From Pseudomonadota bacterium (lineage in GTDB: Archaea; Thermoplasmatota; SW-10-69-26; JACQPN01; JAJPHT01), in assembly GCA_021325135.1 (NCBI GenBank), contig JAJPHT010000018.1, positions 1 to 16,792 on the forward strand: a DNA stretch of 16,792 nt, in the 5' to 3' direction. Made by a program: the position numbers and the translations under genes. The first letter of the stretch is position 1. The number at the start of each line of letters is the position of its first letter. A model generated the notes under the pieces. It was given only the letters and a program-made list of their open reading frames with translations, had not been told where the DNA came from and did not search any database. Positions 14,619 through 16,792 of the stretch are shown one piece after another.

Positions 14619-14674
14619 GGCAGGAAAGATATCAAAAAAGAGGGGGCGCGAGCCCCCGGAAGGCCATCAGCGTC

Positions 14675-16792
<2,118 letters not shown>

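Noticed and set aside
3837-14657. Possible CRISPR array from the recurring GGGGGCGCAGCCCCC motif
   Set aside because: Units are dispersed inverted doublets, not regularly spaced direct repeats with unique spacers; no cas genes.

Overview
GC-rich archaeal chromosomal window. Dph5, an archaeal Trm5, a FlaK/PibD-type A24 peptidase, NadX and short TATA-like AT patches about 25-35 nt upstream of starts point to an archaeon; a Thermoplasmatota-like host is my inference. Housekeeping content: 3' end of a CxxC-x17-CxxC zinc-ribbon gene, a GNAT, dph5, trm5, ccmABCD, tatA, divergent nadC/nadX, prepilin peptidase, nnrD and the 3' part of class II ribonucleotide reductase nrdJ, plus several secreted or membrane hypotheticals. 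Unexplained structure: (1) an RHH-like + AbiEii/MenT-like nucleotidyltransferase pair between dph5 and trm5, with twin TGACTTAAGTC(A/C) palindromes in its promoter; (2) a family of REP/REPIN-like palindromic elements, with two near-identical ~125 bp copies in opposite orientation between convergent genes and a third rearranged locus with a 37 bp perfect hairpin; (3) long hairpins with 8-nt periodic arms; (4) a 58-aa secreted four-Cys peptide; (5) a CcmC with a degenerate WWD motif plus a small CcmD; (6) a small ORF with a structured, AT-richer upstream region. All calls are from reading motifs by eye; no searches were run.
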